Part shown: positions 16,348 through 25,199 of the stretch, piece after piece
Layout: each line of letters opens with the position of its first letter
Numbering within the stretch: position 1 is the stretch's first letter
Sequence record: MW879344.1
Strand: one strand, 5' to 3'
DNA length: 64,000 bases
The notes under the pieces: model-generated
What the model saw: only the letters and a program-made list of their open reading frames with translations
Told to the model about the DNA's origin: nothing
The model's database searches: none
Position numbers and translations under genes: made by a program

Positions 16348-17241
16348 ATGAAAATGTACAAAGGTATCGCAGGTAAAGCAATCAAAGAAAACCGTCCACT
16401 GCTAAGATCAGAACTGGAACTGGTTGTTCCTTCTATCTTTTCAAGTACTGGACACGAATCACGTTCAGCACGGTTCGCACCTGTTGCAACAATTGACGTT
16501 GTTGACCGCTTAGCAAAGGAAGGTTATCAACCATTCTTTGCGATTCAGTCAAATGTACGCGACGAATCTAAACGTGAATTTACTAAACATATGCTGCGTT
16601 TCCGTCAGCATGATGGTAAAACATCCGGCGAATCTAATGAGATCATTCTCGTTAACGCCAACGATGGCACAAGTGCCTATCAATTGATGGCTGGTCAATT
16701 CCGTTTCGTTTGTGCTAATGGTCTAGTTATGGGCAACATGAAGCATAACACAAAGATCTATCACAAAGGTAACAACATCATGGATGACGTTATCGAGGGC
16801 GTTTACACTGTAGTAAAAGACTTTGATAACATCGAACGTTACAAACATGAAATGCAACGTATCCAGCTTAATGATGTAGAGCGTAAGACATTCGCCACCG
16901 CTGGCTACCTCATGAAAGAAGGTTTGCCAGAAAGTGGTTCACTGGATGACGCTGTTTATAACCCATTACAGTTGTTATCACGCAATGGCCTGAACAGCCT
17001 TGACCAGTACGATAACAGCTTATACAGTACTTTTAACACTGTACAGCAGCACTTAATTAACGGCGGTCAACGCTCATTCATGGAAGATCGTAACGGTCGT
17101 ACCCGCCGCCGTTCAAGCCGTGGAGTTACTAATATCAATAAGAACATTGACATTAATAGTAACTTATGGCAACTCGCTACTGCACTGGTAGAAAAGAATA
17201 CTAAGGTTGTGCATGATATTGTTGACGCACAATTATCATAA
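16348..17241 (+). CDS. DUF932/DUF945-family phage/plasmid protein
   Basis: PSIF..H.SRS.RF..V.T..V...L.KEGYQPF...S.VRD..KR.FTKHMLRFR; EIILVNANDGTSAYQLMAG.FRFVCANG. Confidence 0.85.
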   Translation: MKMYKGIAGKAIKENRPLLRSELELVVPSIFSSTGHESRSARFAPVATIDVVDRLAKEGYQPFFAIQSNVRDESKREFTKHMLRFRQHDGKTSGESNEIILVNANDGTSAYQLMAGQFRFVCANGLVMGNMKHNTKIYHKGNNIMDDVIEGVYTVVKDFDNIERYKHEMQRIQLNDVERKTFATAGYLMKEGLPESGSLDDAVYNPLQLLSRNGLNSLDQYDNSLYSTFNTVQQHLINGGQRSFMEDRNGRTRRRSSRGVTNINKNIDINSNLWQLATALVEKNTKVVHDIVDAQLS

Positions 17242-17262
17242 TAATTAAGTACTAAAATCATG

Positions 17263-17313
17263 TAAGGGGTTGACACTTGTCAGCCCCTTTTGCTATACTT
17301 CTTTTACACCAAC
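17263..17313 (+). repeat. 51-bp duplicated terminator-promoter cassette, copy 1
   Basis: 49/51 identical to 17681-17731; differs only in the hairpin loop. Confidence 0.85.
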
Positions 17314-17329
17314 CGGAAAGGAAAAACAA

Positions 17330-17677
17330 ATGTTAGATGTATACGTAAGATCAGATTTAGTTTCAAATGGTCGCAATGAGTTCGGTACTGAACAAGAAAA
17401 AACAGAGTACTATATCATTGCTGAATCATCAAGCGGTCAACGTATTAGATTAGATAGTGTATCAATTGTTAATAGAGAATACACTGATTCACAATGTACT
17501 GAGTACTTAGAACGTATCGTTACTAAAATTAAAAATCATTTAGCTGGTGGCGGAAAATTAAATCTAGATTACTGGTACGAAATTGATCCTTGCTATGGTT
17601 CACAACGTTACATTGATTTAGATAGTACTGGTTACTTCTATAAGCGTGAGAAACGCGAAGATTCTTATAAAAATTAA
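17330..17677 (+). CDS. Hypothetical protein
   Basis: SD AAGGA before MLDVYV. Confidence 0.75.
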   Translation: MLDVYVRSDLVSNGRNEFGTEQEKTEYYIIAESSSGQRIRLDSVSIVNREYTDSQCTEYLERIVTKIKNHLAGGGKLNLDYWYEIDPCYGSQRYIDLDSTGYFYKREKREDSYKN

Positions 17678-17680
17678 TAC

Positions 17681-17731
17681 TAAGGGGTTGACAATAGTCA
17701 GCCCCTTTTGCTATACTTCTTTTACACCAAC
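17681..17731 (+). repeat. 51-bp duplicated terminator-promoter cassette, copy 2
   Basis: See 17263-17313. Confidence 0.85.
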
Positions 17732-17744
17732 AAAGGAAAGTATT

Positions 17745-17963
17745 ATGACTATACAAGAAAGTAGTATGACTAGACAAGAAATAATTAAAGCGGCGAACAA
17801 AGTACTGTCATACAACCATCTCGAAATGATGGAAGCTATGGAAAGAGTACTAGGCACGTTTGGCGAAGATAATAAAGATGAATTCGCCGCTGTCTATGAT
17901 GAAGTACAGGATATTTTATATCCTCATGGTACTGGTGAAGATGCAGTATACTGCGAAAATTAA
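17745..17963 (+). CDS. Hypothetical protein
   Basis: SD AAGGA before MTIQES. Confidence 0.7.
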   Translation: MTIQESSMTRQEIIKAANKVLSYNHLEMMEAMERVLGTFGEDNKDEFAAVYDEVQDILYPHGTGEDAVYCEN

Positions 17964-18024
17964 TATTTGACAACCGCTGTCAGTACTGATATACTGGCAG
18001 CATATTAAACGAGAGGATACAATC

Positions 18025-18204
18025 ATGGTACAAGAAGATATGACTGAATTGCGTAAACGCTGGTATGATCTGGCACGTGCGGGTACTGCGATCACTGGTG
18101 ATAACAGAACGCTATTCAATACACTGGATGGCTGGCAGCGTCAAGAACTAAAGAATGCATATGTTCAGGGCATGACTGATGAAGTTCAGACATGGGATGA
18201 ATAA
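18025..18204 (+). CDS. Small hypothetical protein (59 aa, not in ORF track)
   Basis: SD GAGGA, own promoter; MVQEDMTELRKRW. Confidence 0.65.
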   Translation: MVQEDMTELRKRWYDLARAGTAITGDNRTLFNTLDGWQRQELKNAYVQGMTDEVQTWDE

Positions 18205-18258
18205 TTAAAAAGAAAGGCTTGACTTCGGTTGAGCCTTTTGCTATAGTACTATCAATGC

Positions 18259-18300
18259 AGCGAAATGCACTAACCCTATAGGGTGCCAAGATCCGCCCGT
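18259..18300 (+). repeat. Tripartite element, copy J
   Basis: AGCGAAATGCACTAACCCTATAGGGT..CCGT, 11 nt after TTGACT-17-TATAGT. Confidence 0.85.
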
Positions 18301-18391
18301 AAAATATATTAAAATTCAAATGAAAAAGTACTTGACTTATATCTACTGAAATTGTATTATGTATCTATTGAAAGCAAACGAGGGCAATACC

Positions 18392-18664
18392 ATGAGAGTT
18401 ACTACACTGATTAAGAAGCTGTTCGGTAAAGATTCAATCTCTGACTACATGGAAGTACTGGATGATGATGAAAAGAAATCAGTACTTGAGTACTACGCTA
18501 TTCAAATGGATGAAGATGCAAGCGAACCAGATTACTTTGTTAAGTACTGGCAGGATGGATTATATACTGTTAAAGATATTAACGGTAATGTTATCGTGCA
18601 TACATATAATGTGCGACTGCTAAAAGAAAAGTTAAAAGTACTTGCAAACAAGTCTAAGGTTTAG
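18392..18664 (+). CDS. Hypothetical protein
   Basis: SD GAGGG before MRVTTL. Confidence 0.7.
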   Translation: MRVTTLIKKLFGKDSISDYMEVLDDDEKKSVLEYYAIQMDEDASEPDYFVKYWQDGLYTVKDINGNVIVHTYNVRLLKEKLKVLANKSKV

Positions 18665-18720
18665 TATTATATATTCATCGGGAGGCAATACCGCTTCCCT
18701 TCTTAATCAGGAGCTTCACC

Positions 18721-19122
18721 ATGAACTTCACTACTAACTCTTTCAATGATGTACTGGTACTGGCTAAAACCTTCGGCGTTGCTGCACTGGATTATGCAGT
18801 ACAGAACAACACTATTAACATTGCATTCCCTGCACTGGTCAGAGAATGTAAGAGATGGGCAACTCGTCAAATCATTGAATTGCAGAATGTCAATGATGGC
18901 AACGTAGAGTACAGTATTGATGCTGTATTCAAGGCAGAGTTAGTACTGGATCAGTACGATACTAACCTGAATGACATTACTGTTGTTCGTACAGGGTTCG
19001 GTGCTTACACTAAGCCAGTGCGTCAGGCAATGCAGGACGGCGACATTAACGCTGATACATTAGAGTATATCCTTAATGATGTACGCCAGCGTAATGAAGC
19101 ACGTAAGGTGCTCGGCCTCTAA
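18721..19122 (+). CDS. Hypothetical early protein
   Basis: SD AGGAG; host-like codon usage. Confidence 0.8.
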   Translation: MNFTTNSFNDVLVLAKTFGVAALDYAVQNNTINIAFPALVRECKRWATRQIIELQNVNDGNVEYSIDAVFKAELVLDQYDTNLNDITVVRTGFGAYTKPVRQAMQDGDINADTLEYILNDVRQRNEARKVLGL

Positions 19123-19191
19123 CAAAGTACTTGACAATACATCAAGCCACTGGCATACTGTCGGTGGCTTTGTCTATTAGGAGATACCAAC

Positions 19192-19398
19192 ATGTTTAAT
19201 GTAGTAGGTTGTTTAGGCGTTACCATCGGTCAGGCTGATAGTATTGATACAGCTATCACTCTAGTACAGTCACAGATAACAGTGAGCGATAAGAAGCGTA
19301 CAGCTATGCGTAACGCACTGCAACGCCTCAAGGTAGGCCAGCAGTACCAGATAGACTACGGCGGCACAGGCTGCACCGTACAGCGTGTAGAAGGGTAA
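19192..19398 (+). CDS. Hypothetical protein
   Basis: SD AGGAG. Confidence 0.7.
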   Translation: MFNVVGCLGVTIGQADSIDTAITLVQSQITVSDKKRTAMRNALQRLKVGQQYQIDYGGTGCTVQRVEG

Positions 19399-19547
19399 GC
19401 AGTACTATGTTATACCCATTTTTATATTAATTCAAAAAATATCTTATACAAAATAAAAGTACTTGACTTTTAAAATGTATAAGGTATTGGTTAACTTTTC
19501 TGTATATAACGTTGAAGGACTATGCAAAATTTTTTTGCTTACTAAAG

Positions 19548-19595
19548 GCCAGTAATGCTTAGCACCCCTATAATCGGGGTATAGGTATTACTGGC
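19548..19595. other. Long GC-rich imperfect inverted repeat at the end of the early region
   Basis: GCCAGTAATGC..ACCCC-TATAATC-GGGGT..GTATTACTGGC. Confidence 0.55.
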
Positions 19596-19612
19596 TATAC
19601 TATTTGGAGTAA

Positions 19613-20185
19613 ATGATGGAATATGAAAAGATAAAAGAAATGTTTTTAAAAGTTTGGCCTATACTAATCCCACTCATGCCCCCATTAAATCAGTACAGTA
19701 CTCCTATTGATAATGAATACTTCGCGGAGTACATAACTTTCTCCCCGAATCATATCTTCAGGATATACGGTAATGGTGGTACTAAGTTATCTGACATACT
19801 ATTTGAAATCAGTTACAATACTGAAACGAAATACTTCAGTACTTTTACTGAGGACACTATACGTATTGCACACTGGAAGAAAGATTTACCTCGTTTCTAC
19901 GCCCTTCATGATCCAGATAACTCTAAGGAGAATGGTCAGGGATATACTTTCATCCAGTACCCATGTGATACTGATTATTTCTTTCAGAGGATGACAGTAC
20001 AAAATACGTTAGAATATGAAGAATATGAATTATGGGATACTGAAGTAATGGTTATGCAAGAAGTACTCTCTGACCATCCTGCATTAAGTATAGGTTTAGT
20101 ACTACGTGATGAGTATCTTACACCTGATGATGTAATTAAGATAGGAGTAGAGTTCTTTGAAAAGATGTGGGAAAATAAAAAATGA
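19613..20185 (+). CDS. Paralog family I protein
   Basis: YPCDTDYFFQRMTV motif. Confidence 0.75.
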   Translation: MMEYEKIKEMFLKVWPILIPLMPPLNQYSTPIDNEYFAEYITFSPNHIFRIYGNGGTKLSDILFEISYNTETKYFSTFTEDTIRIAHWKKDLPRFYALHDPDNSKENGQGYTFIQYPCDTDYFFQRMTVQNTLEYEEYELWDTEVMVMQEVLSDHPALSIGLVLRDEYLTPDDVIKIGVEFFEKMWENKK

Positions 20186-20841
20186 TTAAACTTATACAAT
20201 TCGTTAATGTATGTAAATCATTAATAGAATGGCATAGTTTACGGACTTCCAACACATCCATTGTTATGAATGATGATAGAATACAATTAAGTACTGGTAA
20301 TGAGTATCGTGTACTGTCAGGTGAATCTGGAGCTATTGCAACTAGGTTAGAATTTTATCTATCAGAATATAGACAGGATGTTACATTAGTACGATTATCG
20401 AGACATATGGATTTACACATAAAATTAAGAGATGATTATTATTTCTTAATGAATGAAGATAATCTTTTACAATTTGGCATACTCAAAGAAACTACTGGAG
20501 TATTGAGAAAGCTTGCTGAGTACCTTCCATTTCTCGATAAAGATACACCGTACAACCATGATACCTTAGAAGCTTTAGAGTTTCAGTACTTGACTAAGTA
20601 CAGTATTAATGAAGTACAAGCAATGATTGTTTATCATTTACTTCGAGAGTACAGGAAAGATTACCCAGCACATACATTAACTTCAAAGTACACTCCATCG
20701 TTAGCAATTAATTTTAAAGTACTTGAGGAATGCACAGTACAAGAGTTGCTAGAGATGAACAATCATATACGGAATAAAATAGATGAACTTCAACTTCAAG
20801 TACTATCCAAAATTGAAAGAAATATTAAAACTAATGTCTAA
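20182..20841 (+). CDS. Paralog family I protein
   Basis: TLEALEFQYLTKY. Confidence 0.75.
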   Translation: MIKLIQFVNVCKSLIEWHSLRTSNTSIVMNDDRIQLSTGNEYRVLSGESGAIATRLEFYLSEYRQDVTLVRLSRHMDLHIKLRDDYYFLMNEDNLLQFGILKETTGVLRKLAEYLPFLDKDTPYNHDTLEALEFQYLTKYSINEVQAMIVYHLLREYRKDYPAHTLTSKYTPSLAINFKVLEECTVQELLEMNNHIRNKIDELQLQVLSKIERNIKTNV

Positions 20842-21382
20842 GTTCAATACTAACATTACGGATGATATAGAGTATCGTGATGATATATTATCAGTAAGAT
20901 TGGTGAGAGTACGTGATGATCGTATGACATTTGATATACATGCAATTGGTTTTGATTATAATCATCCAGTACTTAGCATGACGTGGTGTTATAATAACGA
21001 TGTAGATATTTTTTCTAGATTTTTCTACAGTACAGATACATTTATAAGTGCAGTTTATAGTACTACTAATATGAGCAAGTTCCATTATGAAGTTAATGAA
21101 AGTATTCATGTAAAGAAGGTATGCAAGTTGGATTATCCTTTACGGGAAGAACAAGTGTTTCAGGAGTTGACTAGATTTAATTTACCGTCCGAAGAATCAA
21201 TTACGACATTCATGGATACATCTTATGAAGTACTGAATGGTAGTACTAAGTTTAGTTCTTTCTCTTTTCATCCACATAGTTTAGATGCAAAAAATGAAAC
21301 AGAGATGGATAATATGGTACAATCTATATTGGAAAGGTTAGAGAAGTTGTATCTTGAAAATGACGCAATTTTAAAAGACTAA
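20834..21382 (+). CDS. Paralog family I protein
   Basis: DYPLREEQVFQELTRF. Confidence 0.75.
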   Translation: MSKFNTNITDDIEYRDDILSVRLVRVRDDRMTFDIHAIGFDYNHPVLSMTWCYNNDVDIFSRFFYSTDTFISAVYSTTNMSKFHYEVNESIHVKKVCKLDYPLREEQVFQELTRFNLPSEESITTFMDTSYEVLNGSTKFSSFSFHPHSLDAKNETEMDNMVQSILERLEKLYLENDAILKD

Positions 21383-21467
21383 ATAAATGTTATCTTAAAA
21401 ATTGTTGTATAAAAAATAGTCAAAAAAAAATTTCCGCTTCTAATGATTGCTGTCAAGATAAAATGGC

Positions 21468-21495
21468 GGGGTCGAGGGGGCGGCGGGAGCGTGGG
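21468..21495 (+). other. G-quadruplex-like G-rich tract
   Basis: GGGG-TCGA-GGGGG-CGGC-GGG-AGCGT-GGG in an AT-rich intergenic region. Confidence 0.55.
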
Positions 21496-21503
21496 AAGTA
21501 ATT

Positions 21504-22100
21504 ATGGAATCGATGATAGTACTAAAAGATTTTTACGAAAAGTTTGCTGCACCGATAGCTGATGCTGGATTATTGAGTACTGCAAAGAACACCAAGACCT
21601 TAGAATGGGGAGGTCGAGTTAAAGGGTTAAGATATACATTTACCAGTACTGATTCTTATACAAGTGTTAAGTTAGTAGATGAAACTGATTATACCTTTGC
21701 ATTAGATGCAGTATGTTATCGTGAACAAAACGGTGCTATCAATGCAACTCGTACATTTTTCACGAGTCCTACATGGACAGAGATATACACTGGTACAGGA
21801 TTTAGTACTACAAAAATTAATGTATGTCACCGAGATGAAAGTGAATTTCGTCGGGACATGAACTATCCGATATTAGAAGAAGAATACTTTCAGAATAGTA
21901 CTATGATTGAATTAGAAGAAGAATCTTTCTATCAGTACTTCATGGGATTTGAACCAGCAGCTATAGAGTTATGTTTAAAATTCTCCCACGTTGATAATGG
22001 TGTAGAGTTAGCGAGGACAGTGCTAAATGATAATACTTTAATTAATAACATATTAATGCAATTGAATATTCTTATCATGACATATAAGAGACAAAAATGA
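21504..22100 (+). CDS. Paralog family I protein
   Basis: NYPILEEEYFQNSTM. Confidence 0.75.
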   Translation: MESMIVLKDFYEKFAAPIADAGLLSTAKNTKTLEWGGRVKGLRYTFTSTDSYTSVKLVDETDYTFALDAVCYREQNGAINATRTFFTSPTWTEIYTGTGFSTTKINVCHRDESEFRRDMNYPILEEEYFQNSTMIELEEESFYQYFMGFEPAAIELCLKFSHVDNGVELARTVLNDNTLINNILMQLNILIMTYKRQK

Positions 22101-22609
22101 GTGAGAAGATTTATAAACAGGCTAGAAAGTACTGTGATAAGTTTTTAAGATTACACAAAGTACTTTCTGGCGTACATGAGAAAATTAAAAAGAATTCGTG
22201 GAGAAATTCACCCTTTAGTACTAATCGGTACATGGTAAATCTAGACATTAATAAGACGGGAATTATAATGAAAATGGCTAGGGGAAAATATAATTCTTAT
22301 GAAGTACATTATCATCTAGCACCATATACACACAGAGATTCACAGCGTAGAAATAATTTTTATGTTATTACGGATCATACTAAATTTATACATTGTAGTA
22401 CTAAAACAGTTCAAGACTTACGTGATGTATCAGTTTATGATGAATGTTTAGCATTTCAATTAAGTACTGTATATACGGACAGTGAATTATTTGATTATTA
22501 TTGTTGTTCGATGTTACATACTGCGGGTTTTCGTGGAGCGTGTAGGACTAATGTTCATCATAGTACATGGAAAGCTTTATATCTACAAGCTTTAAGTATT
22601 GGTGGCTGA
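22097..22609 (+). CDS. Paralog family I protein
   Basis: DECLAFQLSTVY. Confidence 0.7.
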   Translation: MSEKIYKQARKYCDKFLRLHKVLSGVHEKIKKNSWRNSPFSTNRYMVNLDINKTGIIMKMARGKYNSYEVHYHLAPYTHRDSQRRNNFYVITDHTKFIHCSTKTVQDLRDVSVYDECLAFQLSTVYTDSELFDYYCCSMLHTAGFRGACRTNVHHSTWKALYLQALSIGG

Positions 22610-23198
22610 TATGCAAGAGTATAAAATTTTGACAGATATTGCTTCTGAACTATATAAGATTCGGAACAAAACAATAGAATATTCGGTATCTGATGGAATA
22701 GCTGCATCTTTATGGCCTGAGAGGAAGCCATTCACATCGTACACATTTAAAGTAAGCGGTCCATTAGAGACATATACATCTAAGTACTATAAATTTGTAT
22801 TAAGCAGTATGCACCATTCAGAAAACGCAGTTGCTTTTGCGGAGTTATGTACACTTGAGGTTTGTTTTGATACGGCTTGGTATATTAATAGTATCGATCA
22901 TCACAGGGGTAGAATATCATTAAACAATGTTAACATGGATGTTTTATCCATATGTCATGATAGTACTGACAATTCTGCTATGATAGTACTGAGAGATGAA
23001 GTAATTACAGAAGAATGGTTATTTCAATTAATGACTAAGTTTGATATTCCATTTTATGAAGACGTATTAGTACTGAACAGTATAAGGACGGATTTATTTA
23101 AATTTCCATATAATGTTAGTTTTTGTATAAGGTATTCAAAAGAACATTTACAGAATTTTTTGTTTAAGATTAAGGATTTTTTACATGACCAGAGCTGA
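22599..23198 (+). CDS. Paralog family I protein
   Basis: ITEEWLFQLMTKF. Confidence 0.75.
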   Translation: MVADMQEYKILTDIASELYKIRNKTIEYSVSDGIAASLWPERKPFTSYTFKVSGPLETYTSKYYKFVLSSMHHSENAVAFAELCTLEVCFDTAWYINSIDHHRGRISLNNVNMDVLSICHDSTDNSAMIVLRDEVITEEWLFQLMTKFDIPFYEDVLVLNSIRTDLFKFPYNVSFCIRYSKEHLQNFLFKIKDFLHDQS

Positions 23199-23754
23199 AT
23201 TAATTCAGAGTAGTACTATGTATCGTCTTCTTGGTGCTTATAAAATCTTCAAAGAGAAGGAAAAAAAGTACAAGGGGAAGTTATATAATTTTACTTTATA
23301 TGATTACAACGATAGTGGTTATGATTTAGAATGTTCGCATCATGGATTATATATTTGGCCTAATGGTGAAGACAGAGATGATAATCAAATCTTTAGTATT
23401 GAATGCTTGAAAGATGACCAATGGTGGGTTCAATCATTATTGAATGACTATGAGTTTTCTATTACTCCACGCGAGGCAGTTGAAATCAATGTTGGTGATC
23501 ATTTAGACCTTGACAAAAGCAACCTATATGTGTATAATCATCAGGATGAAGAAGAATTATTTGAGGAATATCCAGAAGAATGGTTTTTTCAACAACTGAC
23601 CGTACAGGACATAATTCCTTTTGAACAATTTAAAGAAGAAGTTAAGTTCTGTAAGAAAATACTTTCTCACGGTATAGATGAGTATGATAGAATCTTTATC
23701 TTTAATTTAGAGAAATTTAATATCAATCTGTTAGAAGGGTTTAAGGAAATATGA
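23185..23754 (+). CDS. Paralog family I protein
   Basis: YPEEWFFQQLTVQD. Confidence 0.75.
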   Translation: MTRAELIQSSTMYRLLGAYKIFKEKEKKYKGKLYNFTLYDYNDSGYDLECSHHGLYIWPNGEDRDDNQIFSIECLKDDQWWVQSLLNDYEFSITPREAVEINVGDHLDLDKSNLYVYNHQDEEELFEEYPEEWFFQQLTVQDIIPFEQFKEEVKFCKKILSHGIDEYDRIFIFNLEKFNINLLEGFKEI

Positions 23755-24179
23755 TAGTTTTCCATGCTAGTACTGTTCAGATTACAAACTTTTACATTCC
23801 TTACGGTGGATTACATTTAGGTGGTATGCACAGTGCTTTGGAATGTGCCTTACGGAAGGTCTATACAGGCCGTGAAGCTGGTATTGATGTGGATACGGTG
23901 TACATTCACCGTTGTTTTCTTAAAGCACTGAAGCCGTTTGAGGCTGATGATATGGGAAGTGATGCATCATGGAAGCGATTAAATCAAACATTAATAGCTA
24001 CTGCTACAGATTTCGATTGTATTAAATATACGAACAAGTACGAGGTTGACGTTGTTCCATCCTATTGTTTATTTGATGCGAGTTTAGTTGAAATCCTTGA
24101 TTGTAGTACTATGCATATGGATATGGCAGAAGATATATTACATGGGACATACACAGATGACTACCGGTACGAGTACTAA
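23751..24179 (+). CDS. Putative ADP-ribosyltransferase-fold protein (ART-PolyVal-like)
   Basis: VFHAS..F..GGLHLG..A; FDCIKYTNKYE..SYCLFD pattern. Confidence 0.5.
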   Translation: MIVFHASTVQITNFYIPYGGLHLGGMHSALECALRKVYTGREAGIDVDTVYIHRCFLKALKPFEADDMGSDASWKRLNQTLIATATDFDCIKYTNKYEVDVVPSYCLFDASLVEILDCSTMHMDMAEDILHGTYTDDYRYEY

Positions 24180-24732
24180 AGAAGTACTTTTAGATAAAGA
24201 GTTTCGAATTTCAATGAAGATGTTTGATTTCATGAAGAAGATAAATTTAATATTCATGAATGATTATAAAAATGAATTAGAAACTTCACACAGTATTAAT
24301 GTTGGTGATGATACAAGTTATACGCTAAAAATGATCAAAGATAAGGCATTTTACATTACCAGAACACGCTCAGAATTTTATTCACAAATATTATTACATG
24401 TTGAATATGAATCGTATTATACTGGAAGAAACTATTTTGGAGCAGGAAGAACGTACTTACATTTTTCACCACTATTGAATAGTGATTGTATAGTACAAGA
24501 TAGTGCTTATATTTTGAAGTACCCATATGATTTTGATGAGGCGGCACATTTTCAGGCAATGACACAGAATCATATAACTATTGAAGAAAATTACATGTAC
24601 GCATCTGAATTAATGAAAGCAGTACATTCAGATTCATTTATTTGGGCTGAAATAGTTACTTCTGAAATTGAAGAAGATGAGTACGAGTATTTTGAGAAAT
24701 TGATAAAATATTTCAGGGATTCGATATGCTAA
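24157..24732 (+). CDS. Paralog family I protein (start uncertain)
   Basis: YPYDFDEAAHFQAMTQ. Confidence 0.7.
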   Translation: MTTGTSTKEVLLDKEFRISMKMFDFMKKINLIFMNDYKNELETSHSINVGDDTSYTLKMIKDKAFYITRTRSEFYSQILLHVEYESYYTGRNYFGAGRTYLHFSPLLNSDCIVQDSAYILKYPYDFDEAAHFQAMTQNHITIEENYMYASELMKAVHSDSFIWAEIVTSEIEEDEYEYFEKLIKYFRDSIC

Positions 24733-25172
24733 ACATAATTGAAAACATTGATCCAATTAATTACATCATTCAGGATGTATTAAATAACATCAATGGATTA
24801 GAGTTAACTCCACGTAATAATTTTTATATTGGTGAAGGATACTCACTTGACATACAAGAAGTTCGTAAGAATTCGTATAAGTTAAAAGTACGAACAAATA
24901 ATTTACAAGATTTATGTAATATTGCGTTTGATAAGAAGAATCTTATTATTCGTTACAGTCCTGAGTTTTTCTTTGTACAAGAAGGTGCAGCGTTAAGCAC
25001 GAACTTGTTTGAGGGACTGTTTAGTTTAGAGGAACTACCTAATGCGTTCAGGAATAATAGTACTGTATTCGGATTAGGTGTAGAATTTGATCATGCTACA
25101 ATGATGGAAACCATTGAACTGTGCCGTAGAATTCGTGATGATTTCTTGCGGAAAATTGCTACGCAAAAATAA
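24726..25172 (+). CDS. Probable divergent paralog family I protein
   Basis: EELPNAFRNNSTVF. Confidence 0.65.
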   Translation: MLNIIENIDPINYIIQDVLNNINGLELTPRNNFYIGEGYSLDIQEVRKNSYKLKVRTNNLQDLCNIAFDKKNLIIRYSPEFFFVQEGAALSTNLFEGLFSLEELPNAFRNNSTVFGLGVEFDHATMMETIELCRRIRDDFLRKIATQK

Positions 25173-25191
25173 AAGACACTCATGGATGAGT

Positions 25192-25199
25192 TATAAATA
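25192..25199 (+). promoter_or_regulatory. T4-type late promoter
   Basis: TATAAATA upstream of ORF 25253. Confidence 0.5.

Noticed and set aside
982-18300. Tripartite repeats as a CRISPR array or as T7/T3-type phage RNAP promoters (GAAAT...TATAGGG resemblance)
   Set aside because: Copies are dispersed, in both orientations, with no regular spacers or cas genes. The GAAAT-to-TATAGGG spacing is shorter than in T7, the specificity region does not match, and no single-subunit RNAP is visible.
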